Source of the DNA: Eledone cirrhosa
Lineage: Eukaryota
NCBI GenBank assembly: GCA_964016885.1
Contig: CAXHJY010000913.1
Location: forward strand, 15,281-79,280
Length of the DNA stretch: 64,000 nucleotides
Direction: 5' to 3'
Under the pieces are notes generated by a model. That model was not told the origin of the DNA. It was given only the letters and a program-made list of their open reading frames with translations, and searched no databases. Position 1 is the first letter of the stretch. Each line of letters starts with the position of its first letter. Positions 1 to 13,050 of the stretch are shown here, one piece after another. Both the position numbers and the translations under genes were made by a program.

Positions 1-727
1 TCCTTTTCCTCTTGTGTGTGTACTGTTTCGAACAACCCTTACATTGTCATCACTCTTGAAATATTTTGCTGACCAATTTTAACATACGAACTCCATTAAG
101 TGTACTTATATTTTTATTACAAGTGTAGCTAGGAAAATTTAATTGCAATACGGTTTTGTTTATTTCATTTCAATAGTTATGTTCTATTGACAGATAAAAT
201 ATAATTCTATTTAAACACATAAATCATTCAACAGGTTTCATGATATACAATTGAACATTTGAGAAAGTTATTGTGCTCATTTGCATATTTTAGATTTAAA
301 TATATAATTAACTAATTTGCATATTTAATTAAATATTGAATTGGTTACAGCTTAGCATATGTTGCCAGCATATTTGGCTTAATTATTCTGTTACTTACAC
401 AACTTGAGTTACTTCATTTAAACTTCTTAATTAGCTGAAATTCAAACTTCAGTTCTCAATATTTGAAGATAAATCGTTTTCTCAATGTTGCCTTTTGAAG
501 ACACCGTTGTACACACACGCAGAGACGTACACAAATTATTTCGTTATAACCTGAGAGCTTTGTGGAAGATATGATAACTGGGGTGTTCTGTAGTCAATCT
601 ATGAACCAAATATATAAAATACAAGAATTTAACTCATTCGTTACCATATTTCTAATGAAAAGTTTTGCCTTTTATTTTCAAATAATTTTGAAAAGAATTA
701 GGAGTTTGAAAACTTATTATTATTTCC

Positions 728-906
728 GGCAGTATCGGTAGAGGGTCGGACGCCATGCTTTCCAGCATAGTTACGTCCCTTTACGATCTGAGTTCAAATC
801 CCGCCGAGGTTTACTTTGCCTTTCATCCTTACGGGGTCGATAAAATAAAGTACCAGTAATGCACTGGGTAATTACTGGCCTTGTGCCTAAAGTAGAAACA
901 ATTATT
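728..906 (+). mobile_element. tRNA-derived SINE family A (~190 bp)
   Basis: A-box-like GGCAGTATCGGTAGAG, B-box GAGTTCAAATCCC, body TTTGCCTTTCATCCTTACGGGGTCGATAAAATAAAGTACCAG, ATT-repeat tail; many near-identical copies in the window. Confidence 0.85.
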
Positions 907-1308
907 TCCTTTAAGGAGGAGGAAGGGCAAGCAGTCTTCATCTGCCTGGTGACCATGACCAAAGAGATTGTGTGGTGGACAGGGTTGAAAGGGTTGAAAT
1001 AGAGGTATATATAATTGGTCATATAGTAACAAACACTCATAAATGTTGTTAGAATTCCTTCGTTACCGGCCACCAGTTTTCCCGTTGATTGAATCAAGGC
1101 AGCTGCCTGCTTGTAAAGTTAACCCGCAAGTAATTGAACATTTCACACACGGTTTGTGAGCTAAAAAGCATTACTAGCGAACCACGCACCATATCTATCT
1201 ATGTCTCTTTCACTCTCTGTCTCCCCCTCCCCCACTTCCTCTTTCTGCTCCCCCCCCCCATTTCTCTTTCTCTCTCTCCCTCTCTTTACATATATATATT
1301 TGCATTCA

Positions 1309-1369
<61 letters not shown>

Positions 1370-1543
1370 GTAATTGCATCAATCATTTCAGAAACTGTAA
1401 GTAATATAGTGAAATATATCTTTTTCCTGCTATCTCTACCTTGTACCATAGAAGAAAATGGCAATTGTAAAGAATTCGAGAGCATACCAGAGATTAAACT
1501 TATTCTACACTTCTACCTAATGAGCTAGATTAACGAACACACG

Positions 1544-1574
<31 letters not shown>

Positions 1575-2545
1575 ATGCATATATTTGTACGTGTATGTGT
1601 ATGTATATGTGAATATATATGTCTATATGTGTGTATATATCTGCATATATGTATGTATATATGTGCATATATGTATGTATATATGTGTGTGTATGTATAT
1701 ATATGTATATATATATATGTATATCTGTGTGTATATATATATATGTATATATGTGTGTGTGTGTGTGTCTGTATGTATATATATGTGTGTATAGATATAT
1801 GTCTGTATATATATATATATATATATATACATACATATACATGTGTGTGTGTATGGTGTGTGTCTTTCTGAGTAAAGATTATATATATAATCAGCATTTA
1901 ATGTGTATCGAGGTTGATAGAAAACACTGGTAATTGGATTTAAAAAAAAAAAAAAAATTGAAAACCGATTACTTTAGGTTAATAGAAAAAAAGAAAACAA
2001 ATTTCTGTATCATTAGCAATAATTGATAAAATTAATCACATTGCTAGAGTCCTACTTTGTTAATGGCAGGTAGTTTGAACATCCTTGCACTATATATTAT
2101 CTTGTAAAATGTAATTAGTCTTTCTGTCTTTACTACTGCGGGATTTCAAATCAGAGGACTTACCGTGACAGAACAACTATCAAGTCTTTTATTAAATGGG
2201 TATATGCTAACAACCCTACCACTTCACCTATTTCAAATGCTGGTTTTATTCGATATGAACATGGTATTAATAACGTTGAGATGGCGTAAACCACTACAAT
2301 TGACCCCATGGTTTGATCTCCGACCTCTTCTGGAAGTTGTTAAATCACAATGTTCATCATATAAACTTATTTCGTAGTTAATCTAGCAGTAATATTTAAT
2401 GTAAATGTAAAGAGCCCTTAACTTATTGTGGAGTGCCATAGAGGTGGTGTCCTGAGACACACTGTGATCCTTCGGTATTTTAAACCTGGTGGTGTCCGCT
2501 CTTCTCTGCAACTGGTCACATCCGGTTACTGTGAGGGTTAGAGAA

Positions 2546-2694
2546 AGAAAAACCCCTATACTTAATTGGCACTTATTTTTTCTTCATATTGAATTGGTGA
2601 AAGTCAAAGTTGACCTGAGAAAAACCCTTATACTTAATTGGCACTTATTTTTTCTTCATATTGAATTGGTGAAAGTCAAAGTTGACCTGAGAAA
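2546..2694. repeat. 72-bp direct tandem duplication (2 copies), probably a decayed SINE fragment
   Basis: AGAAAAACCC...AAAGTTGACCTG repeats at 2546 and 2618. Confidence 0.85.
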
Positions 2695-2945
2695 TTTAAA
2701 CCCTGGTCGCAATGAGCCGCTCTTAAGAAGCCGGCATTTTTAATCTAACTTTTAGCACTTACAATAACGAAAGCAATATCTGTAGGAAATTAGAAGAGTG
2801 AAAAAAGATGCAAATAGATGTTACTGCAATGTCTTTCACTATACAGACGGCTACCAGAGGGCAGGCTAATCAATGGGAGAAAAAGACAATCAAACCATGG
2901 AATGTCGTGATAGCTTAACAGAAAAAAGTAACCGGCCGTTATGTA

Positions 2946-3005
<60 letters not shown>

Positions 3006-3024
3006 CACACACATACACACACAT

Positions 3025-3086
<62 letters not shown>

Positions 3087-3254
3087 AAATGTTACAGTAT
3101 CGTGAGAGAGAATAGAGAGAAGAAGAGTTATAGAAGGAGACGATACAGATAATTAATTGGCATAAGCAGGTGCATTCGTGCTCGATGCTTGTGGAAACAG
3201 GGTTAATTATTAGAAGCGTTAATATTTAGTGTGCGAATTTAAGCAGAGCAATTA

Positions 3255-3512
3255 TAATCGAAGACATTGATGAAAGAGAAGCCAGTCGTTAAAATATATT
3301 TATAAGAAGCTCTTACACATGTTACGCTCAAGAGGGTCTCTTCAGAGGCACACAAGGAAATAAAGGATTTAATAGGGATTTACATGGTTCCTTATTAAAT
3401 CCTTTATTTCCTTGTGTGCCTCGGAAGAGCCCTTCTTGGGCGTAACAGGTGTAAGTGCTTCTTATAAATATATTTTAACGGCTTGCTTCTCTTTCATCAA
3501 TTTCTTCGATTA
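3255..3512. mobile_element. 258-bp imperfect palindrome with a decayed hammerhead-like motif in each arm
   Basis: Arms 3255-3378 and 3389-3512 are reverse complements with scattered mismatches; + arm reads GCCT-CGGAAGA-GCCC ttctt GGGC-GTAA-CAGGTG-TA; abuts (CA)n. Confidence 0.75.
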
Positions 3513-3747
3513 CACACACACACACACGCGCGCACGCACGCACGCACGCATGCACGCACGCACGCGCGCGACTGATTGTCAACGTAATGCAGATCTCGGA
3601 CACGAGTCTTTCGTAAACTTTGACCTATTGTAACCCAGAGCAAAGCAGAGCTAATTATTCCTAATATTGCCCGTAGCCGCTTCACGTGGGAAACTCCACT
3701 GATATACAGACAGACAGACTAATAACACGTAGAGAATGGAAAACTAG

Positions 3748-3783
<36 letters not shown>

Positions 3784-3980
3784 CACCACACCACCACCAC
3801 CACCACACCTACTACTACTACTACAACTACTACTACTACTACTACGGATTAGTTCAAGGCAACATATTCAGATGAGCAGCAAACGGTTGATTACATTTAT
3901 CCTACAGATACTTTATTATCCAGCGGAATATTTCCTCTTCACTACAATGAAAAGGATAGGAACCGATCGTGAAATCGGAG

Positions 3981-4600
3981 CAAGGAAACTATGTTTCTAT
4001 TGATCTTTCCATTGCTGATACTGTCTTTAAATCAAGGAAACTATTATGTTTCTATTGGTCTTTCCATTGCTGATACTGTCTGTCTTCAGATCAGACCAAG
4101 GAAACTATGTTTCTATTGGTCTCTCCATTGCTGATACTGTCTGTCTTCAGATCAGACCAAGGAAACTATGTTTCTATTGGTCTCTCCATTGCTGATACTG
4201 TCTGTCTTCAGATCAGACCAAGGAAACTATGTTTCTATTGGTCTCTCCATTGCTGATACTGTCTGTCTTCAGATCAGACCAAGGAAACTATGTTTCTATT
4301 GGACTCTCCATTGCTGATACTGTCTGTCTTCAGATCAGACCAAGGAAACTATGTTTCTATTGGTCTCTCCATTGCTGATACTGTCTGTCTTCAGATCAGA
4401 CCAAGGAAACTATGTTTCTATTGGTCTCTCCATTGCTGATACTGTCTGTCTTCAGATCAGACCAAGGAAACTATGTTTCTATTGGACTCTCCATTGCTGA
4501 TACTGTCTGTCTTCAGATCAGACCAAGGAAACTATGTTTCTATTGGACTCTCCATTGCTGATTCTGTCTCTCGTAATATCAGACCAAGGAAACTATGTAT
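3981..4600. repeat. 61-bp minisatellite, ~10 copies
   Basis: Unit CAAGGAAACTATGTTTCTATTGGTCTCTCCATTGCTGATACTGTCTGTCTTCAGATCAGAC; internal copies nearly identical, ends degenerate. Confidence 0.95.
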
Positions 4601-4639
4601 TAGTCTTATAAATGCTAATACTATCTGTCAGTTACAAAT

Positions 4640-4764
4640 CCTGGCAGAAGGAGCAACGTAAAAATAAAGTAATTTGTTGTAAAACAAAATGCGCCGCTCG
4701 TCCCAGGAATCGAACCTTACGATCGTGAGGTTAATGCCGTAACAACTAGACCACGTGCCTTCAC
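4640..4764 (-). mobile_element. tRNA-derived SINE head with CORE-like segment (family B)
   Basis: Reverse complement has GGCACGTGGTCTAGTTG (A box) and GGTTCGATTCCTGG (B box); homologous to 58828-58965. Confidence 0.65.
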
Positions 4765-5807
4765 TAAAGTTATCAGTCAAATGACCCTGAAATTGCACAT
4801 AAAATACCCTGCTCCCTAAAAAGCACATTGTTTATTACAGTTCTGAATGTATTATGTCTGTAACCAAATACGAGTGTGTGATAACTGGAATGCTTTTGAT
4901 CTTTTTGATATAGATCATAGATCCTCCATCAGACAATAAATGCGCAAGAGACCGAGTATTACATTGAAGCATATACCCTTAACCCTTTTGATACCCCCAC
5001 TACCACCCCGAGAGACCCTTTGTTCTATGAAACAAATCATCTCATTCACATCGTTTATATCTAAATGGAATTGTAATCATTACGGGCCTCGAAACTAGTG
5101 ATTTCGTTTTAACAATTACTTGACCTGAAGAATTTCGTCATACATCTATATACTACTCGGTTTTGTTTTTATTACCAGTAAGATCTAATACACTTCTAAG
5201 CGTATTTTATCAAGCACAGGAACATAATAGTAATGGTGACTAGGTATGTATTGTACGAAAACCAAATTATATGACATTAAGATATGAATACAAACAGGAG
5301 AATAAACAATAGAATGTTTGTATTAAAATTACGAAAACTACAACTATATCGGTCTGAATAGCCGATTTTAGATTAAATCTTATATCCTACATAATATACA
5401 CAAAGCAATGATTTTAAGAAACCAGACAATGTTGCTGTGATAAGTTATTTTATTTCATATCATCACTCAGTTCAAAATTCCGAAAAATGAAAATAAAAAT
5501 AGTACACGAAGGATGTGTGTAATTTTCCTTTTTCCTTTGTAGTATGTTGCTGGTGAGTGTGGTCGATAACATTTCCTTATGTACGTGGATGGCTTTGGTT
5601 TGTTCTAGATCTATTCAAGTTCAGATTAAGACAATTGATGGTCTTATGCACACACACACACTGAATACGGCAAGGAGTGGAAGAGAGGGGAGAGATTTGG
5701 CTCCAGTACTAGACTGGTATTTTTTCGATCTCGTAAAGATTAGCCAGACAAATAATAGGTGTAGTCATGGTTATGTGTTTAAAGTGCTTGATGCACAATT
5801 ACATGGC

Positions 5808-5840
<33 letters not shown>

Positions 5841-5853
5841 CCACGCACCCACG

Positions 5854-5914
<61 letters not shown>

Positions 5915-6186
5915 GCGGAAGAATAAAATAAGTGATATATAAACATCTAAAGAAGGGCATAACTCGTTAAGTTGTTAACAGACTTTCACAACTGACTGAT
6001 AGAGCATTTTCCGTTTTTTGTTTTTTTTTTCAATTCCTCGCATCCTATGGGTGACCTTTATCCAATCCTCTGCGAAACGCACGTAACAGGTCGATACACA
6101 ATAAAAACCTAAATACATCTAAACGAAAGTTCATTGTTTTTCTTAGTGCATGAAACAGTTCTAGTCCTGTAGAAGCCATTTCTATA

Positions 6187-6571
<385 letters not shown>

Positions 6572-6845
6572 AAACCCATAAACCATCCAAAAAATTAAAG
6601 TAACTATTAACTTGTCGAGTCTCATTATCTATTTGTAAATATCTTCCTGACGAAAATTAGAAAATTTAGACTACATTTAACCAAAGTTATATTTGATTAT
6701 ATATCAGAATGTGTGTGTAAATCAATCTCCTCTCACTCTCTCTGTCTCCTTTTCTGTACATGCATACACGCAAACACATACACATAAGTATACACACACA
6801 CACATGCCCGTATACAATGCATATATATTATACTTCATTCTTTGA

Positions 6846-6879
<34 letters not shown>

Positions 6880-7471
6880 TAGACTTAATGATTAATTGAT
6901 TAATTTAATTAGACAATTCTATTGATTGGTTAATTGTTTATGTTTGTTTAATAACATGTAGTTGAGAGCTTTTATTCGGTTTGTGTAAAGGAATTTGACC
7001 GCCAAAACCGGGGGTTACCTCCCTTCGGAGAAACCACGTGACTACTAGCAGTGTTTACTACTAGTTCTTGCAACAGGCGGCGGCAGAACGAAAACTTGTT
7101 GACGAAGTAAATTCCACTGTTCTATCTTCCAAAGACCAATTAACTTGCAGGCCCCTGCAATTGGATTTTGTTGATTTCGGATATACAGAAACCTAGTGGA
7201 GATGTTATATAATATTATGTAATATATCCACGATGGTCTAGGTAACTGTCAAACATTTCCCAGAGTCGGGTTTTTCGTTGTTCTGGTCCTAGCGGCTCGC
7301 ATTTCGGTTGCTGGCTTCAATTTGCAGAGGTGTCTAAACGTAATGTTATAACTCTAAGGTAAAATTCTTTATTGAGTGCTTTTGGCTGCACTTCCCGACA
7401 GCATTCGTTAGCTTGCCCGCAACCAGAGCTTCGATTATGCTGCACTACCTTCTTGTATATATATATATATA

Positions 7472-7569
7472 CAAGACTGGAATTGAACCATCAGCACAGT
7501 TGAGGTATGTCAGACATCAATTTATTTTATCTGATGAGGACGTACTGATGAAACAGCTCAGTACCTCTG

Positions 7570-7611
<42 letters not shown>

Positions 7612-7730
7612 TTTGCTTAAACTTTAATCTGTTATTTTAATAAATATTTGCTCTACGGTTCTTATACATTTGATATATATTTATCCTTATCGAGCCCTCT
7701 TTGGATTTTAGTCTTCAAATTTATTATTAT

Positions 7731-7772
<42 letters not shown>

Positions 7773-7931
7773 CTTCAAAATATTAATAAATATAGACATT
7801 CATGTGATCAAATATATTTTATTATACGTATTTCAGAGGTACTGAGCTGTTTCATCAGTACGTCCTCATCAGATAAAATAAATTGATGTCTGACATACCT
7901 CAACTGTGCTGATGGTTCAATTCCAGTCTTG
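7472..7931. mobile_element. Inverted pair of 103-bp hammerhead-bearing arms among (TA)n tracts (PLE pseudo-LTR-like)
   Basis: 7472-7574 is the reverse complement of 7829-7931; (TA)n at 7456, 7573, 7734 and 7993. Confidence 0.85.
7815..7880 (-). ncRNA. Minimal type I hammerhead ribozyme, intact core
   Basis: Minus strand UAUUUUAU-CUGAUGA-GGAcGUACUGA ugaaacagc UCAGUACcUCU-GAAA-UACGUA-UA-AUAAAAUA: 8-bp stem I, 10-bp stem II with one mismatch, palindromic stem III. Confidence 0.85.
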
Positions 7932-7989
7932 GCAGTGATTAGTTATGACAAAACTCAATATTTATATACCATAAGTAGTAACATGATAG

Positions 7990-8062
<73 letters not shown>

Positions 8063-8614
8063 AATTCTATTTCATTTTCATTTTAATTATTCTATCTGTA
8101 CATGTATGTATGCTATGACTGTGCTTTGTTTCAATAATTATTATTATTTGAGATTCCCTCTTAGCACCTGTAATTAAGAACGGATATAAGGTGGAAATTT
8201 TCTCTTCTATGAACTCTGGTAAGAGGTTTTATTATATGTGTATGTATATATACATACACACGCATATATATACACATACATGCACATAAATACACACGCA
8301 CACACACACATATATGTATGTATACATATGTGTCTGTGAATGAAATTCATTCCTTGTAAGAGAGTCTTCATTAGTAGTTCTTTGTGTGGGATTCTTTTAA
8401 ATATATTTCTAGATTTCTAGATTTGCGCTCATTCAATATGTTTCTATACCTTTTTCAACCTGGCATCTACGTCATAAGTATGTTCTTACTTTTACTCACA
8501 CACCTTCACATATATGGGAATTAATTACCTCCCATCCTTTCTGTCGCATTTTTGTCTTACGAGAACATATATTTACATATTTACAATTGCATATATATAT
8601 ATATTTACAAATAT

Positions 8615-8685
<71 letters not shown>

Positions 8686-9234
8686 TCATACATCATACAT
8701 ACATACATACATACATACATACATACATACATACATACATACATACATACATACATACACACTTATGTGAAGAAAATGTTCATATATAATAGCATAAACA
8801 TAAGAAAAGCAAATAAGCCTCCTGTTGTTTCCATTGTATTGGTAAGAAACGCTTTGTATGGCGGGGCAATAGGTCCTCAGTGAAGAGATCCCACACAAAC
8901 AAGTGTTTCAGCCCTTAACTTCTTAGACTGTAAGTGGGCTGGACCACATCCAGATCATGAGTGCTGGTGGCCCTTTTGCTGATATTTTGCCATTTTGGAT
9001 ATCGGAGACTTATGTATGGAGATTTTGTTGAAAGTATCTAGCTGGAATTCCTCTCAGTTGCCTCTACTTTCAAACCTTTATCTAAACATTTTCTTGAGTT
9101 TGGTAGCCATAGTAGCGGTGAGACGTCAATAGTGTCACCGCTGACATCAACACTACAACCATAACTTACTCAGAGTTACTTCCTTTATAAAATATAAACA
9201 TAATGCCCTCTAATAGTATGGGGTTCGTTTTTTC

Positions 9235-9440
9235 CTCCTCGATCCGATCTAGCTGGAACACCACTTCCCTGCCTCAGATATTGTCTTCAGCGTTTTGGTC
9301 CTGTTTTTCCCAGCGTCTGAAAGTTGTTTCATGAGATTGTTGGCAGATTTGCATCAAATTCTGTGGTGAGAAGTTTGACCTGGAAGTTTAGCTTCACTCA
9401 GGTTGTTGGCCAAACTTTCCACTTTGCTGAAAGATCTCTT
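9235..9440 (-). mobile_element. Decayed C-terminus of an RLE-type (HERO/R2-group-like) non-LTR retrotransposon
   Basis: Minus strand translates KSANNLMKQLSDAGKNRTKTLKTISEAGKWCSS*IGSR, resembling the '...ALK.ISEAAE.SS.WIW.RR' tail of HERO-like ORFs (recalled, not aligned). Confidence 0.45.
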
Positions 9441-10146
9441 TTATTAACTAAGCATACAAAGAGATGTGACTCAATTGAACGTGTTCATGTGTCACCGTTA
9501 TATCTCCCTATTTTTAAAGGCAATATTTGATTGAATCCTTTTCGAAATATTTATATCTGCATCCACGTATTGATATATCTTAATCTCAGAAGATCCCATT
9601 GCAGGGGGAAAGCGGAAATTATTTCTGTACGCTAATTTCACAAGCGGGCTGTTTCATTGAAAAAATGGAACGTTCCGAATCGGAACCCATGGAGATCCAA
9701 AGCAATACACAATGTATGTGTTATTGAGGATGTACATTTATATATAAGTGACTCTGTGTGTGAGTACGGTCATATTATCTGTGTTTGCTCAACGAATGTG
9801 CCATGTAGACAAGAGATTTATGTATCTACAGCTTACTACTATGGAAATAAGATACAAGAACTAAACAGCGGCACTAATGAATCTTTGGGATTTAAAGAAA
9901 TGTAGGTGAACAGTTACTAATTACCGTAACAAATTGAAAACATTCCTCTACTCCGATATACGTACGAAAGAGATAAATATCAATCCTAATTATTTAATCA
10001 ACGCCCGGTACAGCTATTTGGGAAATACAGAGACATGAGTTTCATAGAATTTAGGAGAACATCGATAAAAGAAGTAATGAATAAACAGCTTTTCTCCATT
10101 AAGTAACGAATGTGAGACTTTAACTTAGAATATCTATCTATCTATC

Positions 10147-10177
<31 letters not shown>

Positions 10178-10200
10178 CTATACACATGTACACACACACA

Positions 10201-10285
10201 CGAGAGTAGGCTGAAAAGTACATAGGCGGACCAAGATACTCTCATGGAATGACCAAATGAAGTTTATTAGTCAACATATTCCCTG
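10201..10285 (+). mobile_element. Possible Tc1/mariner MITE terminal fragment
   Basis: CGAGAGTAGGCTGAAAAGT resembles the CGAGG...TGAAAAGT mariner TIR pattern; no partner TIR seen. Confidence 0.35.
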
Positions 10286-10377
10286 GAAAAAAAACACAGC
10301 AGTTATTCATGAGGAGATTTGAAATTAATACATGCAAGATTTCACAGCTCTAGTATCACTCCTTCATATTTATCCTC

Positions 10378-10417
<40 letters not shown>

Positions 10418-10517
10418 TGCTGACAACATCAAAATATTCCTAACAAGCTCATATGTCCCAAGGCTCTGATACCATCAACACTATACACACAGAGCTGGCA
10501 TATCTAAGAACTGACTA

Positions 10518-10563
10518 ACTGCCTGATGAGGTCATAGGCTATCATCGAAATATATATAGCAGT
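10518..10563 (+). ncRNA. Minimal type I hammerhead ribozyme, intact core
   Basis: ACUGC-CUGAUGA-GGUcAUA ggc UAUcAUC-GAAA-UAUAUA-UA-GCAGU; lies in a ~195-bp unique island between (TA)n tracts ending ~10415 and starting ~10609. Confidence 0.85.
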
Positions 10564-10647
10564 AAATACAGGATTATGAGTTCATGCAATTGACTTATGT
10601 TTCGTCACTATATATATATATATATATATATACACGTGTGTGTATGT

Positions 10648-10704
<57 letters not shown>

Positions 10705-10863
10705 TATAGTTTCACTTTAAACACACACATAATCCAATGCATCCATTGTATTTTGAGACCGGTGTGTAATTTGACTCATACAATATCTAGTTACTGACAG
10801 TAGCAATTGATTTTGCAACATCCTCTGTATGTAAAACAATCTGTAAATTGCGCTCAAAATATA

Positions 10864-10948
10864 TAATTGTTTCTACTTTAGTCACAAGGCCAGCAATTAA
10901 CCAGTACATTACTGGTACTTTATTTTATCGACCCCGTATGGATGAAAG
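10864..10948 (-). mobile_element. SINE family A, 3' fragment
   Basis: Reverse complement of the body and tail. Confidence 0.75.
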
Positions 10949-11516
10949 AATGTATAATGATGAATGAAAAGAACGTAGATTCGACAGAAGAGACATACAA
11001 AGTCACAACGTTGTACAGACAAACTACGAAGAAAATATATGTAATGTTATTCACCAATCCACTTGTTTTTGTTATACATACAACATCTATCATAGCTAGA
11101 ACATTCTAGAACGTTTGTAAATACAAATATCGCAGACAACTCAACAGACATAATGTAAAGGTAGTGTATTGAAAATTTCAGCATCTCGACAGCTAACATC
11201 TATGAAATAAAAACAAGCTAACCACCATTCTAATGCAAATACGGTACAAAACATCCATTTTTCAACGACTGATTATCATGGAGTTTTGTACTTGTTGCTT
11301 ATATTTTAATATCCCCTGTGACGCTCGAGGCTAACCACCTCTTCTTTTGTTAAATTATATATATATATATATATATAAGAGAGAGAGAGATTAATTTGAA
11401 TATTTGAGTGTGTGTGTATTTGTATTGCATTACAACACTTTTCACAGATTGAATTTCTATTTCCTTGTTAGTTGTTTAAGTTTAGTTTGGAAGAGTAGCG
11501 TCCCTAAATCCATGTG

Positions 11517-11751
11517 TAATAACGTTTCGAAGCTTTAGGTTCTCCATTTTCAGAACCGAAATGTTTATACAGTGGCGTATAGTTCACGTGTTGACCATTG
11601 GTCGTAAACTATCATGGGAATGGTAGCGAATCAAGGACGGTTGATTTATAATTTCCCAATGGCTGAAGCATGGCTGTTTTAATAATTGGTTTCAAGAATG
11701 CGGTAGCTGTATGTTAGGTTTTATTTTATATTCTGATATTAGTAGAGCCAT
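11517..11751 (-). mobile_element. Decayed Penelope-like element 3' end (ORF tail plus degenerate hammerhead)
   Basis: Minus strand ALLISEYKIKPNIQ (11707-11748) resembles the GIY-YIG C-terminal ALLI...KP.LN.Q; downstream CUGAAAA-u-GGAG..CUUC-GAAA-CGUU. Confidence 0.4.
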
Positions 11752-12404
11752 AATAATTGTTTACCTTCTTCTGTATGGAAATCTATATAGAATTGCAAAA
11801 TTGTAGTTATCGTCCAATGAGACCTGATATATATATATATATATATATATGTGTATGTGTGTGTGTGTGTACTTCATGGAAATATGTTGTCATTGCTCTT
11901 GATTGTAAGTGCATAGTTAAACAACAGGAACGTGTAGTGCTTGTGTGACTGATATTTCGGCCATGAATTTCGTAACGCTCATATTTGTAGTGAAACCAAT
12001 AAATCACATTTGTCATTTGCAGCAGGTTCTGCGGTTTGCCAGTCTGTGGTTGCATGTTAATGTGAAGATTATATATATATATATATATATATACATACAT
12101 GTGTGTGTAAGACTATTTTGGGGAAGCGTAACGTCATACAGAGCTAGACAGGATGAGTGAGGTAATTTGTTAAGAAGTCCCTGTGAGAACGACACGAGAA
12201 ATGATATGATATTCGCTGTAAGGAAATGGCAGCTATCTAGTTAAGCAAGAGAGACCTATGTGTTTTGGGAGACCCATCGATCAGATACAATTATATGGCT
12301 GCGACATGAATGGCGAAAATGATTTATAGGGTCCCTACTGCTAACTGGGATAATATGATGAGGTGACTGTGGAGCTGTTTTCAATGTGGTTTTAATGATT
12401 CTTT

Positions 12405-13050
12405 TCTTGTTGTTGTGGTTGGTGTTGGACTTACTGTTTTTGTTGTTCTTCTTCTTCGTGGTGGATTTACTTTACTACTGTTGTTGGTGGTGTTGTTGTT
12501 GTTGTTAGTGCTGGTATTAATTATTCTGTTGTTAAGGTGGTGTTGCTGTTTTTGGTGGTCGTAGTGGTGTTGCTGTTGTTACTCTTGGTGCTGCTGTTGT
12601 TGTTGGTGTTGGTGCTGGTGGTGGTGGTGGTGGTAGTGTCAGTGTGTTACTGTTGTTTATGCTGGTATTGCAGTTGTGGTTGTTAGCAGTGGTGTTGCTA
12701 TTGTCGCTGATGTTGCTATTACTGTTGTTGTTGATATTACTATGTTGTTATCGATGGTGGAACTATTGCTGCTACTGTGGTTGTTGTTATTGTTGTTGGC
12801 TGTGTTTATGGTGGCGGTGTTGTTGGAGCTGCTATTGCAAATGTTGTTTATAGTGGCGCCATTGCTGGGATGTTGTTTTGTTGTTGGAGTTGGCGTTAGC
12901 TGTGTTTCTAGTCATAGTGATGACGCCGGTGTGGTGTTGATAGGGGATGTTCTTAATATGCGATGTTGTCAATGTTGTTGATGGTTGTGGTGGTTTTGAT
13001 GATGATGTTGTTGGTAATGGTGGTGGTAGTGGTCGTGGTGGTGAGGTTGA
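12405..13050. repeat. Degenerate (GTT/GGT/GCT)n low-complexity region
   Basis: Direct reading. Confidence 0.9.

Noticed and set aside
728-906. tRNA genes at A/B-box sites (also 58828 and other SINE heads)
   Set aside because: No complete cloverleaf; each continues into a repeated SINE body and tail
3981-4600. 61-bp array as a CRISPR array or tandem retrozyme (minus strand has CTGAAGA...GAAAC in each unit)
   Set aside because: No unique spacers and a eukaryotic context; stems I and II cannot be paired around the putative core
12140-12330. Faint RTE-like peptide (QLYGCD)
   Set aside because: Too short and disrupted to support a call without alignment
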